Both the position numbers and the translations under genes were made by a program. Below, piece by piece: positions 36,028 through 45,599 of a stretch of DNA of 64,000 nt (position 1 is the first letter of the stretch; the number at the start of each line of letters is the position of its first letter). The notes beneath the pieces were generated by a model, which searched no databases, was not told the DNA's origin, and saw only the letters and a list, made by a program, of their open reading frames with translations. The stretch comes from Anthoceros angustus (Eukaryota > Plantae > Anthocerotophyta), in the NCBI GenBank assembly GCA_010909165.1, contig VJWM01000068.1:806001-870000 (forward strand), read 5' to 3'.

Positions 36028-39000
36028 ACACAGTGTCGCCAGCCAGAAAGCTATACACCAGTCCGTCCATATCTGTCCACCAGGTTTGACCTGGCTCTTT
36101 CCAAGCCCTAATTCTCATTCTCCTCGCCTGCATCTCCTGTGCTTGTTCCCACATCTGTGCACCCGTGTATATATTTGACATCAACACATATGCTGCGGCA
36201 TGTTTCTCGTCTACCTTCACTGCTTCATTGAAAGCACGGCTTCCCACCTCGACGTTGCTCCATTTCTGACAAGCACCCAACAGAGTGTGCCACACATCTG
36301 CGGTAGGCAGCACAGGCATTGTCCTTACCAAAGCCAGTGCCTCATCCAGTCGACCAGCACGGCCTAGGAGATCTACCATGCAGGTGTAGTGCCCCACCGT
36401 GGGAATGATGCTGTATCGGCTACTCATGCCCTCAAAGTAGTCTCTCCCCTTGTTTACTAGACCAGCATGGCTGCATACTGTTAATACACTGAGCAACGTG
36501 ATGCCGACTGGCTGTATACCATCCTCTCGCATCTTCTCGACCAAGTCAAATACTGCTTCGCTGTTTCCGTGACAGCTGTAGCCTGCAATCAGCGCGCTCC
36601 AGGCAACTACATCTCTCTCAGACAATGCATCAAATACCTGCTGTGCATCAACCATGCTCCCGGACTTCCCGTACATGTTTATCAAACTGCCGGCTACAAG
36701 CAAGTCAGATTGAAGCCCTTGTTCTTCGATTTGTGCATGCAACTGCCGTCCCAGATGCAAAGCTGCTACATTTGCACATGCCTGCAGGAGGCACACAAAT
36801 GTGACAGAACTGGGTGCAGCGATGCCTTCTTCTTGCATAGCTCTGTAGAGCAGAAGGGCTTCATGCCCCATGCCCTGCTGGGAATAGCCAGAAATCAGGG
36901 CATTCCATGTCACCACAGACTTCAGACCAAGCCCATCAAACACCCTCTGAGCATCCTCTATGCTGCCACACTTTGCATACATATTTACCATACTGCTGAC
37001 TACAAAAGTATCACCTTGATATCCTCTTACTCTAATCTCTGCATGGAGCTGCTTTCCTTTCTCTAAAGCTAGGGTGCCTAGGCTTGCACATGCCTGCAGA
37101 AGGCAGGCAAATGTCACGGAATCAGGTACAGTCATGCTATCTTGTTGCATAGCACTGTAAAGAGAAAGGGCTTCCTGGCCCATGCCCTGCTGCGAATACC
37201 CTGCTATCATGGCATTCCACGTCACCACATCCTTTCTAACAAGTCCATCAAACACTTTCTGAGCATCTTCTAGGCTGCCACACTTTGCATACATGTTCAC
37301 CAAACTGCTGGCTACGAAGACATCAGCTTCATATCCTTGTTCTCTAATGTGTGCATGAAGCTGCTTCCCCTTCTCCAGTGTTGGGGTGCCCATACTTGCA
37401 CATGCTTGCAGGAGGCACACAAATGTCACAGAATCTGGGACATTCATACCACTTTCTTGCATAACACTGTAAAGATGAAGGGCTTCCTGTCCCATGCCCT
37501 GTTGGGAGTACCCTGCTACTAGAGCAGTCCACGTCACCACATCTTTCTGATCAAGTCCGTCAAACACGCTTTGAGCTTCTACCAAGCTGCCACACTTTGC
37601 ATACATGTTTACCAGAGTGTTCCCCATAAAGACATCAACTTGGAGTCCTTGTTCCGTAATTTGTGCATGAAGCTGCTTTCCTGTCTCCAGTGCCTGAGCG
37701 CCAACAGATGCACACGCTCTCAGGAGGCTCACAAGCGTCATTGAATCAGGTACAGCTATGCCCTCTTCTTGCATACTAGTGTACAGATGAAGGGCTTCCT
37801 GGGCCCTGCCTCGATGGCAATATCCTGCAATTAAAGCAGTCCATGTCACTACATCCTTTTGACCAAGTCCATCAAACACTGTTTGAGCGTCTTGTAAGCT
37901 GCCACTCTTGATATACATATTTACCAAACTGTTGGCTACATAGACATCAGCTTGAAGTCCTCGTTCTCTGATCTCTGTATGAAGCTGCTTCCCCTTGCCC
38001 AATGCCAAGAAGCCCACAGTTGCACATGCCTGCAGAAGGCAGGCAAACGTGACAGAATTGGGCACAGCAATACCTTCTTCTTGCATGGCACTATAGACAT
38101 GAAGGGCTTCCTGGCCCATGCCTTGATGAGAATATCCTGCAATGAGAGCAGTCCACGTTACCACATCTTTTTGACCAAGTCCGTCAAACACTCTCTGAGC
38201 ATCTTCTAGACTGCCACATTTTGCATACATATTGATGATGCTGTTGGCTACTACTATATCCGCCTGATGCCCTTGATCTCTGATCTGAGCATGAACCTTC
38301 TTCCCCATCTCCAACGCTGTGGCGCCCACACTTGCACATGCCTGCAGGAGGTACAGCGATGTCACAGAATTGGGTACAGCGATGCCTTCCTTTTGCATGA
38401 CACTGTAGAGACGAAGGGCTTCCTGTCCCATGCCCTGCTGGGAGTACCCTGCAATAAGAGCAGTCCATGTCACCACATCCTTTTGAGCAAGTCCGTCAAA
38501 CACTATCTGAGCATCTTCTAGGCTGCCACACTTTGCGTACATGTTCACCAAACTACTGGCTACAAATACATCAGCTTGATATCCTGCGTCTCTAATGTCT
38601 GCGTGAAGCTGCTTCCCCTTCTTCAAAGCTGCCGTGCCTACAATCGCACATGCTTGCAGGAGGCACAAAAATGTGACGGAATTGGGTACAGCCAGGCCCT
38701 CCTCTTGCATAGCACTGTGGAGACGAAGGGCTTCCTGCCCCATCCCCCGTTGGGAGTACCCTGCAATTAAAGCAGTCCACGTTACCACGTCTTTCTGATT
38801 AAGCCCATCAAACACTCTTCGAGCGTCTTCCAGACTGCCGCACTTGGCATACATGTCGACCAAGCAATTACAGACAAACAAATTAGGCTGAACCCCAGTG
38901 GCCAAAACATCAGCATGCACCTGCTGCCCAGTTGTCAAGTCTGATCCCCTTGCGCAAGCATGAAGGGCTGCCACAAATACGTGGTCATCTGGCCTCACAC

Positions 39001-39580
39001 TTGACCTGCACATCTGGTGATAGAGTTGTATGGCCTGCCGGTCATTTCCGTGTTTAACGTGCGCAGAAATTATGGACGACCACATGAAAACATCTGGTTG
39101 GGTCAGAGTGAACACATCCATCGCCTCTTGCAACCTGCCATGAGAGGCATACATTCGCAGGATGTGATTGCACAAGAACGTGTCCGACTCAAAACCTTTT
39201 TTCACAGTGAGAGCATGAACGCGGCGACCCAGAACAAGATCCTTCGCCACTGCACATTTCTTCAGGATAGTGTATAGAAGAGATTTGGGAACGGCATAGT
39301 CCTGCTGCACCAGAACTCCTACGGCCTCCACGGCCTCAGGGACATGGCCCTGATCACATAGCTTGTTCACGGTTTCAGCCGTCACGCCCCTTTGCTGTCC
39401 TGCATGCCTGCAAGAGGTGCTACAACATGTGTCTCCAGCAAGACATCCACTTCGGCGGGCTGCATTTCTTGCGTAGGTGATGCACCTTGAGGCCTGGTTG
39501 TTTGCCAAGTGCTGGTTTCTGGAAGTCAGGTGGCCTGGAGTACTTCCTACAAGACCTGTGAACACGCTCCAGACAGCCAT
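35966..39580 (-). CDS. PLS-class PPR RNA-editing factor with E1/E2 and a WW-type PG box, DYW out of frame
   Basis: Intronless ORF of ~1200 aa with about eight P-L-S triplets, P2-L2-S2 (HYTCMVDLLGRAG), E (AAAYVLMSNIY) and WKEPGQTWWTDMDG...HSF-like box. First ATG is 39580. Confidence 0.95.
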   Translation of the reverse strand: MAVWSVFTGLVGSTPGHLTSRNQHLANNQASRCITYARNAARRSGCLAGDTCCSTSCRHAGQQRGVTAETVNKLCDQGHVPEAVEAVGVLVQQDYAVPKSLLYTILKKCAVAKDLVLGRRVHALTVKKGFESDTFLCNHILRMYASHGRLQEAMDVFTLTQPDVFMWSSIISAHVKHGNDRQAIQLYHQMCRSSVRPDDHVFVAALHACARGSDLTTGQQVHADVLATGVQPNLFVCNCLVDMYAKCGSLEDARRVFDGLNQKDVVTWTALIAGYSQRGMGQEALRLHSAMQEEGLAVPNSVTFLCLLQACAIVGTAALKKGKQLHADIRDAGYQADVFVASSLVNMYAKCGSLEDAQIVFDGLAQKDVVTWTALIAGYSQQGMGQEALRLYSVMQKEGIAVPNSVTSLYLLQACASVGATALEMGKKVHAQIRDQGHQADIVVANSIINMYAKCGSLEDAQRVFDGLGQKDVVTWTALIAGYSHQGMGQEALHVYSAMQEEGIAVPNSVTFACLLQACATVGFLALGKGKQLHTEIRERGLQADVYVANSLVNMYIKSGSLQDAQTVFDGLGQKDVVTWTALIAGYCHRGRAQEALHLYTSMQEEGIAVPDSMTLVSLLRACASVGAQALETGKQLHAQITEQGLQVDVFMGNTLVNMYAKCGSLVEAQSVFDGLDQKDVVTWTALVAGYSQQGMGQEALHLYSVMQESGMNVPDSVTFVCLLQACASMGTPTLEKGKQLHAHIREQGYEADVFVASSLVNMYAKCGSLEDAQKVFDGLVRKDVVTWNAMIAGYSQQGMGQEALSLYSAMQQDSMTVPDSVTFACLLQACASLGTLALEKGKQLHAEIRVRGYQGDTFVVSSMVNMYAKCGSIEDAQRVFDGLGLKSVVTWNALISGYSQQGMGHEALLLYRAMQEEGIAAPSSVTFVCLLQACANVAALHLGRQLHAQIEEQGLQSDLLVAGSLINMYGKSGSMVDAQQVFDALSERDVVAWSALIAGYSCHGNSEAVFDLVEKMREDGIQPVGITLLSVLTVCSHAGLVNKGRDYFEGMSSRYSIIPTVGHYTCMVDLLGRAGRLDEALALVRTMPVLPTADVWHTLLGACQKWSNVEVGSRAFNEAVKVDEKHAAAYVLMSNIYTGAQMWEQAQEMQARRMRIRAWKEPGQTWWTDMDGLVYSFLAGDTVSSKAEKGIFQNEDRRTCYTT

Positions 39581-39901
39581 AGCCTCGAGATGCAAGCGGC
39601 AGCCACCCGTAGGTGGCAGCCGCCTGAAACTCGATCCTTTTCTGCGACCCGGATGAGCTTGGCCGGGAGGTGGACATAGCCACGAGCCTCAGCACTTGGA
39701 GTAGCAGACTTGATTGACCCAGCGTGCCAATTCGAACCCAGTGCGCAATCGTGTTAGTTCGAATAGAAGGATCGTCAGCTGAGCCGAGCAACACCCGGTC
39801 TGAGCCAAATGCAGTTGTCAGAAAGGTGACACCAGCCACATTCGACCGGAATGAAGGGAAGATATGATACATACAGCACAGTCTGTACAGCTGCCAATGT
39901 T

Positions 39902-42900
39902 TCACATATGCCTGCAATCTGCCTGGGCAATCAAGCCATTGGGATGACGCTTATCCCAAACCAAGAAACTATGCACTTGTCCGTCCATGTCTGTCCACCA
40001 AGTCTGACCTGGCTCCTTCCATGCCCCGATTCTTGTTCTCCTGGCCTGCATCGCCTCTGCCTGCTCCCACATCTGGACACCGGTGTATATATTCGACATC
40101 AACACATATGCTGCAGCATCTTTCTTGTCCAGCTTCACTGCTTCATTGAAGGCGTGGCGTCCCACCTCCACGTTACTCCACTTTCGACAAGCACCCAGAA
40201 GAGTGTGCCAAACTGCAGCACTGGGCAATACAGGCATTGTCCTTGCCAAAGCCAGTGCCTCATCCAGTCGACCTGCACGACCCAGGAGATCCACCATGCA
40301 CGTGTAGTGCTCCACTGTGGGACTGATGCCATGGTCTCTGGTCATCGCCCTGAAGTACTCCGTCCCCTCGTTCACTAGACCTACATGACTGCATACTGTT
40401 AGTATGCAAACAAATGTGATTCCGAGTGGCTGTATCCTGTCCTTCTTCATTCTCTGGATCAAGTCAAAGACAGTTTCACTGTCCCCTTGGCAGCTGTAGC
40501 CAGAAATCAGAGTACTCCAGGTGGCAGCGTCTCTTTCAGGTAACGCATCAAATACCTGCTGTGCATCAATCATACTCCCGGACTTTCCGTACATGTTTAT
40601 CAAACTGCCAGCTACAAGCAGATCAACTTGAAGCTTTTGCTCTTGAATCTGCGCATGTAGCTGCCTCCCCAGATGCAGAGCTCCCAGATTTGCGCATGCC
40701 TGCAGGAGGCACACAAATGTCACGGAATCAGGTGCAATCATGTCCTCTTCCTGCATGGAGGTGTACACACGAAGGGCTTCTTGGCTCATGCCCCGCTGGG
40801 AATATGCTGCAATCATGGCATTCCATGTCACGACATTTTTTTCGCCAAGCCCATCAAACACCCGGCCCGCATCCTCGACGCTGCTACACTGTGCATACAT
40901 GTTCACCAAACTGCTGGCTAAAAACGCATCAATTTGGTATCCTCGTTCTCGAATATGAGCATGAAGCTCCTTTCCCCTCTCCAAAGCTGGGCTGCCCATG
41001 CTCGAACATGCCTGCAGGAGGCACACAAATGTCACTGAATCGGGTATGGCCATGCCATCTTCTTGCATGGCACTGTACACCCGAAGGGCTTCACGGCCCC
41101 TGCCTTGCTGGGAATATCCTGCTATGATGGCATTCCATGTGCCCACATCTTTCCTACTGAGTCCATCAAACATTCTTTGAGCATCTTCCAGACTGCCACA
41201 CTTTGCGTACATGTTTACCAAACTGCTGGCTACAAAGGGCTGAGCTTCATGTCCACGTTCTCTGATTTCAGTATGAAGCAGCTTCCCCTTGTTGAATGCT
41301 AGGGGGCCTATACTTGCACATGCCTGCAGGAGGGACACAAATGTCAGGGGATCTGGTACAGCCATCCCTTCTTGCATGACACTGTAAAGACGAAGGGCTT
41401 CCTGACCCCTTCCCTGCTGAGAGTACCCCGCTATCATAGCATTCCATGTCACCACATCTTTTTCAACTAGTCCGTCAAATACACTCTGAGCATCCTCTAG
41501 GCTTCCACACTTTGCGTACATGTTAACCAAACTGTTAACTACAGAGATATCAGCTTGGTATCCGCCTTTCCTTATTTGCGCATGAAGATGCTTGCCCTTA
41601 TCCAAAGCTGGGGTGCCTATACTTGTGCATGCCTGCAAGAGGCACACAAACGTCACAGAATTGGGTGCAGCCATTCCTTCTTCCTGCATAACAGTGTAGA
41701 GGCCCAGGGCTTCCTGCCCCAGCCTCTGCTGGGAATACCCTGCTATTATTGCATTCCATGTCACCACATCCTTGTAATCAAGGCCATCAAACACTCTCCG
41801 AGCGTCCTCAAGGCCACCACACTTAGCATACATGTTCATCAAACTGCTGACCACAAACCCATCAGATTGATGTCCTTGTTCTCTAATCTGTGCATGAAGC
41901 TGCTTCCCCTTCTCCAAAGCTGGGGTGCCCAGACTTGCACATGCCTGCAGGAGGCATACAAATGTCACTGAATCAGGGAGGCTGATACCTTCTTCTAGCA
42001 TAGCACTGTAGAGACAAAGGGCCTCCTGCCCCATGCCCTGCTGGGAGTACCGTGCAATCATGGCATTCCACATCACCACATCTTTGTGACCAAGTCCGTC
42101 AAATACCCTTTGAGCAAGTTCCAAACTGCCACACTTAGCATACATGTCTACCAAAGTGTTAGCGAGTGACACATCAGCGTCAAGTTTATGTTCTCGAATT
42201 TGAACATGAAGCTGCTTTCCCTTCTCCAGGGCAGGGGTGCCTACACTTGCACAGGCCTGCAGGAGACAAATGAATGTCACGGAATCCGGTACAACCATGG
42301 CATCTTCTTGCATTGCACTGTAAAGACGAAGGGATTCCTGAGCCCTGCCCTGCTGGGAATATCCTGCAATTAGAGCAGTCCATGTTACTGCATCTTTTTG
42401 ACCAATTCCATCGAACAGTTTTTGAGCATCTGCCAAGCTGCCACATTTTGCATACATGTTTATCAAGCTGTTGGCTACATGCACATCAGCTTCGTACCCT
42501 TGTTCTCTGATTCGTCTATGAAGCTCCTTTCCCTTCTCCAACGCCAGGCTGCTCATACTTGCACATGCCTGCAGGAGGCACACGTATGTCACCAAATTGG
42601 GGGCAGTGAGGCCCTCTCCTAGCATATCACTGTAGAGACGAAGGGCTTCCACGCCCATGCCCTGCTGGATATACCCAGCTATCATGGCATTCCACGTCAC
42701 AACATCTTTTTCCCCATGTCCATCGAACACTCTTTGAGCGTCCTCTATGCTGCCACACTTTGCATACATGTTTACCAAACTGTTGGCTACAAAGACATCA
42801 GCTTCATGTGCTCCTCCTGTTATTTGCACATGAAGCTGCTTCCCCCTCTCCAAAGCGGGGCTACCCAGACTTGCACATGCCTGCAAGAGGCACACAAATG

Positions 42901-43858
42901 TCGTGGAATTGGGGACAGCTATGCCTTCTTCTTGCATAGCATCATAGAGACGAAGGGCCTCCTGCCCCATGCCCCGGTGAGAGTATCCTGCAATTAGAGC
43001 AGTCCATGAGACCACATCCTTCTGAGCAAGCCCGTCAAACACCCTCTGAGCTTCTTCCAAGCTGCCACACTTTGCATACATGTCCACCAAGGAGTTCCAG
43101 ACAAACAAGTCCGGCTCAACCCCACTGGCCAACACATGGGCATGCACCTCCTGTCCAGTTTTCAGGTCTGTCCTCTTTGTGCAAGCCTGAAGGGCTGCAA
43201 CAAACACATGGCCATCTGGCTTCACACTTGACTTGTGCATCTGATGATAGAGTTCTAAGGCCCGCTTGTCTTCTCCATGTCTGACATGCGCAGCAATGAT
43301 GGCGGAGAAGGTGAAAGCATCGGGTTTGGCAACCAGGTTGAACACATCCATCGCGTCTTGCAATCTGCCATAAGAGGCATGCATTCGCAGGATGTGGTTG
43401 CACAGGAACGTGTCCGATCCATGCCCCTGCTTCACTACCAAAGCATGGACACGACGACCCAGAACAAGATCCTTCTCAACTATACAACATTTCAGAACAG
43501 TGTACAACAAAAACTTGGGAATACAGGGTTCTGTCTGCACCAGAACTCCCAAAGCCTCGACTGCCTGCGTAAGATAGCCCTCAATACATAGCTCGCTGAC
43601 GGTTTCAGCCATTACACCACTTTCATATCCTTCCGGCCTGCGAGGCCCAGGACCATCCAGCAAGCTCCAGTTGAATTTCGAGCAACAAGGACCCAGTGAG
43701 AACTTGGAGCGTCGACCGGTACCCAATCTGGAAGACCGCTTTCCAGCCAGACACCCACTTGGACGGGCTGCCTGCAGCTCTGACATCGTCTGCATGTACC
43801 CAACTGGTCTCCAGAATGGGCTCATGCAGATTACTTCACTGATGACGGGCAGCACCAT
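39902..43858 (-). CDS. PLS-class PPR RNA-editing factor, tandem paralogue, truncated just after the WW-type PG box
   Basis: Intronless 1318-aa ORF with the same architecture, ending WKEPGQTWWTDMDGQVHSFLVWDKRHP...*. Confidence 0.95.
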   Translation of the reverse strand: MVLPVISEVICMSPFWRPVGYMQTMSELQAARPSGCLAGKRSSRLGTGRRSKFSLGPCCSKFNWSLLDGPGPRRPEGYESGVMAETVSELCIEGYLTQAVEALGVLVQTEPCIPKFLLYTVLKCCIVEKDLVLGRRVHALVVKQGHGSDTFLCNHILRMHASYGRLQDAMDVFNLVAKPDAFTFSAIIAAHVRHGEDKRALELYHQMHKSSVKPDGHVFVAALQACTKRTDLKTGQEVHAHVLASGVEPDLFVWNSLVDMYAKCGSLEEAQRVFDGLAQKDVVSWTALIAGYSHRGMGQEALRLYDAMQEEGIAVPNSTTFVCLLQACASLGSPALERGKQLHVQITGGAHEADVFVANSLVNMYAKCGSIEDAQRVFDGHGEKDVVTWNAMIAGYIQQGMGVEALRLYSDMLGEGLTAPNLVTYVCLLQACASMSSLALEKGKELHRRIREQGYEADVHVANSLINMYAKCGSLADAQKLFDGIGQKDAVTWTALIAGYSQQGRAQESLRLYSAMQEDAMVVPDSVTFICLLQACASVGTPALEKGKQLHVQIREHKLDADVSLANTLVDMYAKCGSLELAQRVFDGLGHKDVVMWNAMIARYSQQGMGQEALCLYSAMLEEGISLPDSVTFVCLLQACASLGTPALEKGKQLHAQIREQGHQSDGFVVSSLMNMYAKCGGLEDARRVFDGLDYKDVVTWNAIIAGYSQQRLGQEALGLYTVMQEEGMAAPNSVTFVCLLQACTSIGTPALDKGKHLHAQIRKGGYQADISVVNSLVNMYAKCGSLEDAQSVFDGLVEKDVVTWNAMIAGYSQQGRGQEALRLYSVMQEGMAVPDPLTFVSLLQACASIGPLAFNKGKLLHTEIRERGHEAQPFVASSLVNMYAKCGSLEDAQRMFDGLSRKDVGTWNAIIAGYSQQGRGREALRVYSAMQEDGMAIPDSVTFVCLLQACSSMGSPALERGKELHAHIRERGYQIDAFLASSLVNMYAQCSSVEDAGRVFDGLGEKNVVTWNAMIAAYSQRGMSQEALRVYTSMQEEDMIAPDSVTFVCLLQACANLGALHLGRQLHAQIQEQKLQVDLLVAGSLINMYGKSGSMIDAQQVFDALPERDAATWSTLISGYSCQGDSETVFDLIQRMKKDRIQPLGITFVCILTVCSHVGLVNEGTEYFRAMTRDHGISPTVEHYTCMVDLLGRAGRLDEALALARTMPVLPSAAVWHTLLGACRKWSNVEVGRHAFNEAVKLDKKDAAAYVLMSNIYTGVQMWEQAEAMQARRTRIGAWKEPGQTWWTDMDGQVHSFLVWDKRHPNGLIAQADCRHM

Positions 43859-44505
43859 GTCACAGGTCTCCAGACAGCCATAGGCTACAGGAGCATGATC
43901 TGCAGATGCTGATGTTTCCGAATGATCCTCTCAGAGGTTCAAATGCATGCAATGATGTCTGAGGGTACCGGACTAGTCTCATTATAGATGACCAGGCAGG
44001 CCCATGGTTCTCTACAACACGCACATTTTGTATCCTTGCTCCCTCTTGCATCCTCTCTCATCACATGCTAGGCCTCAGGGCATGTTAGACCACGTGAATG
44101 AGAGCTTGTTCTCTGGACTGCGGTGGCCTTAGCCCCGGCTAGTAGCACTGCCCCCCGGCTCTCTTTGACAGGACTGTCAGGAATGGTGTACGAGGACTTG
44201 GTTTCAACTTGGACATCCATCTAATGGTGAAAATCCCAGCCAGGAGCTGGCAAAGCCTGCGGGAGGGGTACAACCAATTGCCGTTGGCTTGTAGGCCGCG
44301 CTGTTCTCATTCAGCTCTGTAACCCCTCCCAACTTCAGTGTTAGTCCTCATCAATATTTGGTCGCCATGCCTGGGGGTTGCGAGGGCGTCGTGTTTGGCA
44401 TCCCTGCTTTATGAGATGCCCACACGGGGAACAGAGATGTGGAGGGACAGGTGAATGTGGAGAACGCATTTGAGGTGATATAAAGAACTGCACTCTGCCT
44501 TACCT

Positions 44506-44577
44506 GGGGATGTAGCTCAGATGCTAGAGCGCTCGCTTGACGTGCGATAGGTGGAGGGTCGTTACTCCGCGTCTCCA
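44506..44577 (+). pseudogene. Degenerate tRNA-Ala-type gene with GAC at the anticodon position
   Basis: GGGGATGTAGCTCAGATGCTAGAGCGCTCGCTTGACGTGCGATAGGTGGAGGGTCGTTACTCCGCGTCTCCA is a plant tRNA-Ala body with TATAAA upstream. The D-loop GG and the T-loop are mutated. Confidence 0.75.
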
Positions 44578-45599
44578 TGTAGTCCTTAAAAATTTCTGTT
44601 TTCTTGGCAATTGTGAGCGAAGACAGTAATTTCATTCGAATTCCATTTGTTGAGACGTGAAATCCCTCGAGTTCCCGTAGATGGCCTCTTCGGTCTCCTT
44701 TTTCCTTGCTTTGTGACAAGGTAGTCTCAGTCTAACTACCTATGTTTTCTTCCCCTATTTATCCCACTCGCTTGCAGGATTTTAACAAGAAAGTTATTGA
44801 AGGTTATTATATTATTTTGGGCTAGTGTATTTGAGTCACATATTAATTAACTAGCTAGAAATATACCGGGTATTTTTATTGATCTCTTAGAATTGGATTG
44901 AGATTCTACCCTCGAGGAGTCTCTCCCAAGATACTTGATGAAATTGGGTTTTTTTAAAATAACTCAAGATTGCTATTATATGTCCAAAAAAACTTGGCCA
45001 CATTAAAAGTGACCCAAAAGTTGTAAAGTTAAAGAAGTTTATGGTATTGTTTTGGGCCAAGGCTTTGGAATCACCTTCTAATTAATTAGCTAGGAATACA
45101 AAATTAATTATTATGCTTAATCTGATACACATATTGTTTCATAGTGAAGGTTTGGATACTTGTTTAAAGAAATTATTAAGTCGTAAGCTGGACTGTCCCA
45201 AACCAAGCTTCATTTTGGGAGAAAGGAAATCCATTTCAAACCAGTGGATTGGGACCCCAAGATTAGAGAGGGCAGGGTTGCGATAACCTGCAGTAAGAAC
45301 ACGTACTATGGGGAGACCGCGAGCACCACTGAGGGGTACACTTCAGCCAAAGACACAATTGACGCAGAGCGGGATAGTTCGAACGAAGGGTACCTCTTCC
45401 CTAAAACTCCGTGGTCGGACGAGGAGAAGGACTGCCGTTGGGATGCATTCGGAGCGGGGGTGATCGACTACTGCCGGGTGGAGGCACTAGCGCAACAGTC
45501 CACGGGAATTGGGATTGAAGACATCGTGATCAGCCGGGAACCGAGAATAGAGGAAGGTCCGGAGGAAGAACGTGAGGAGGAAGACATTGAAGGAGTCAC

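Noticed and set aside
35966-43858. PPRs as U-to-C (DYW:KP) editors
   Set aside because: The box reads EPGQTWW (WW type), and no intact deaminase domain is present.
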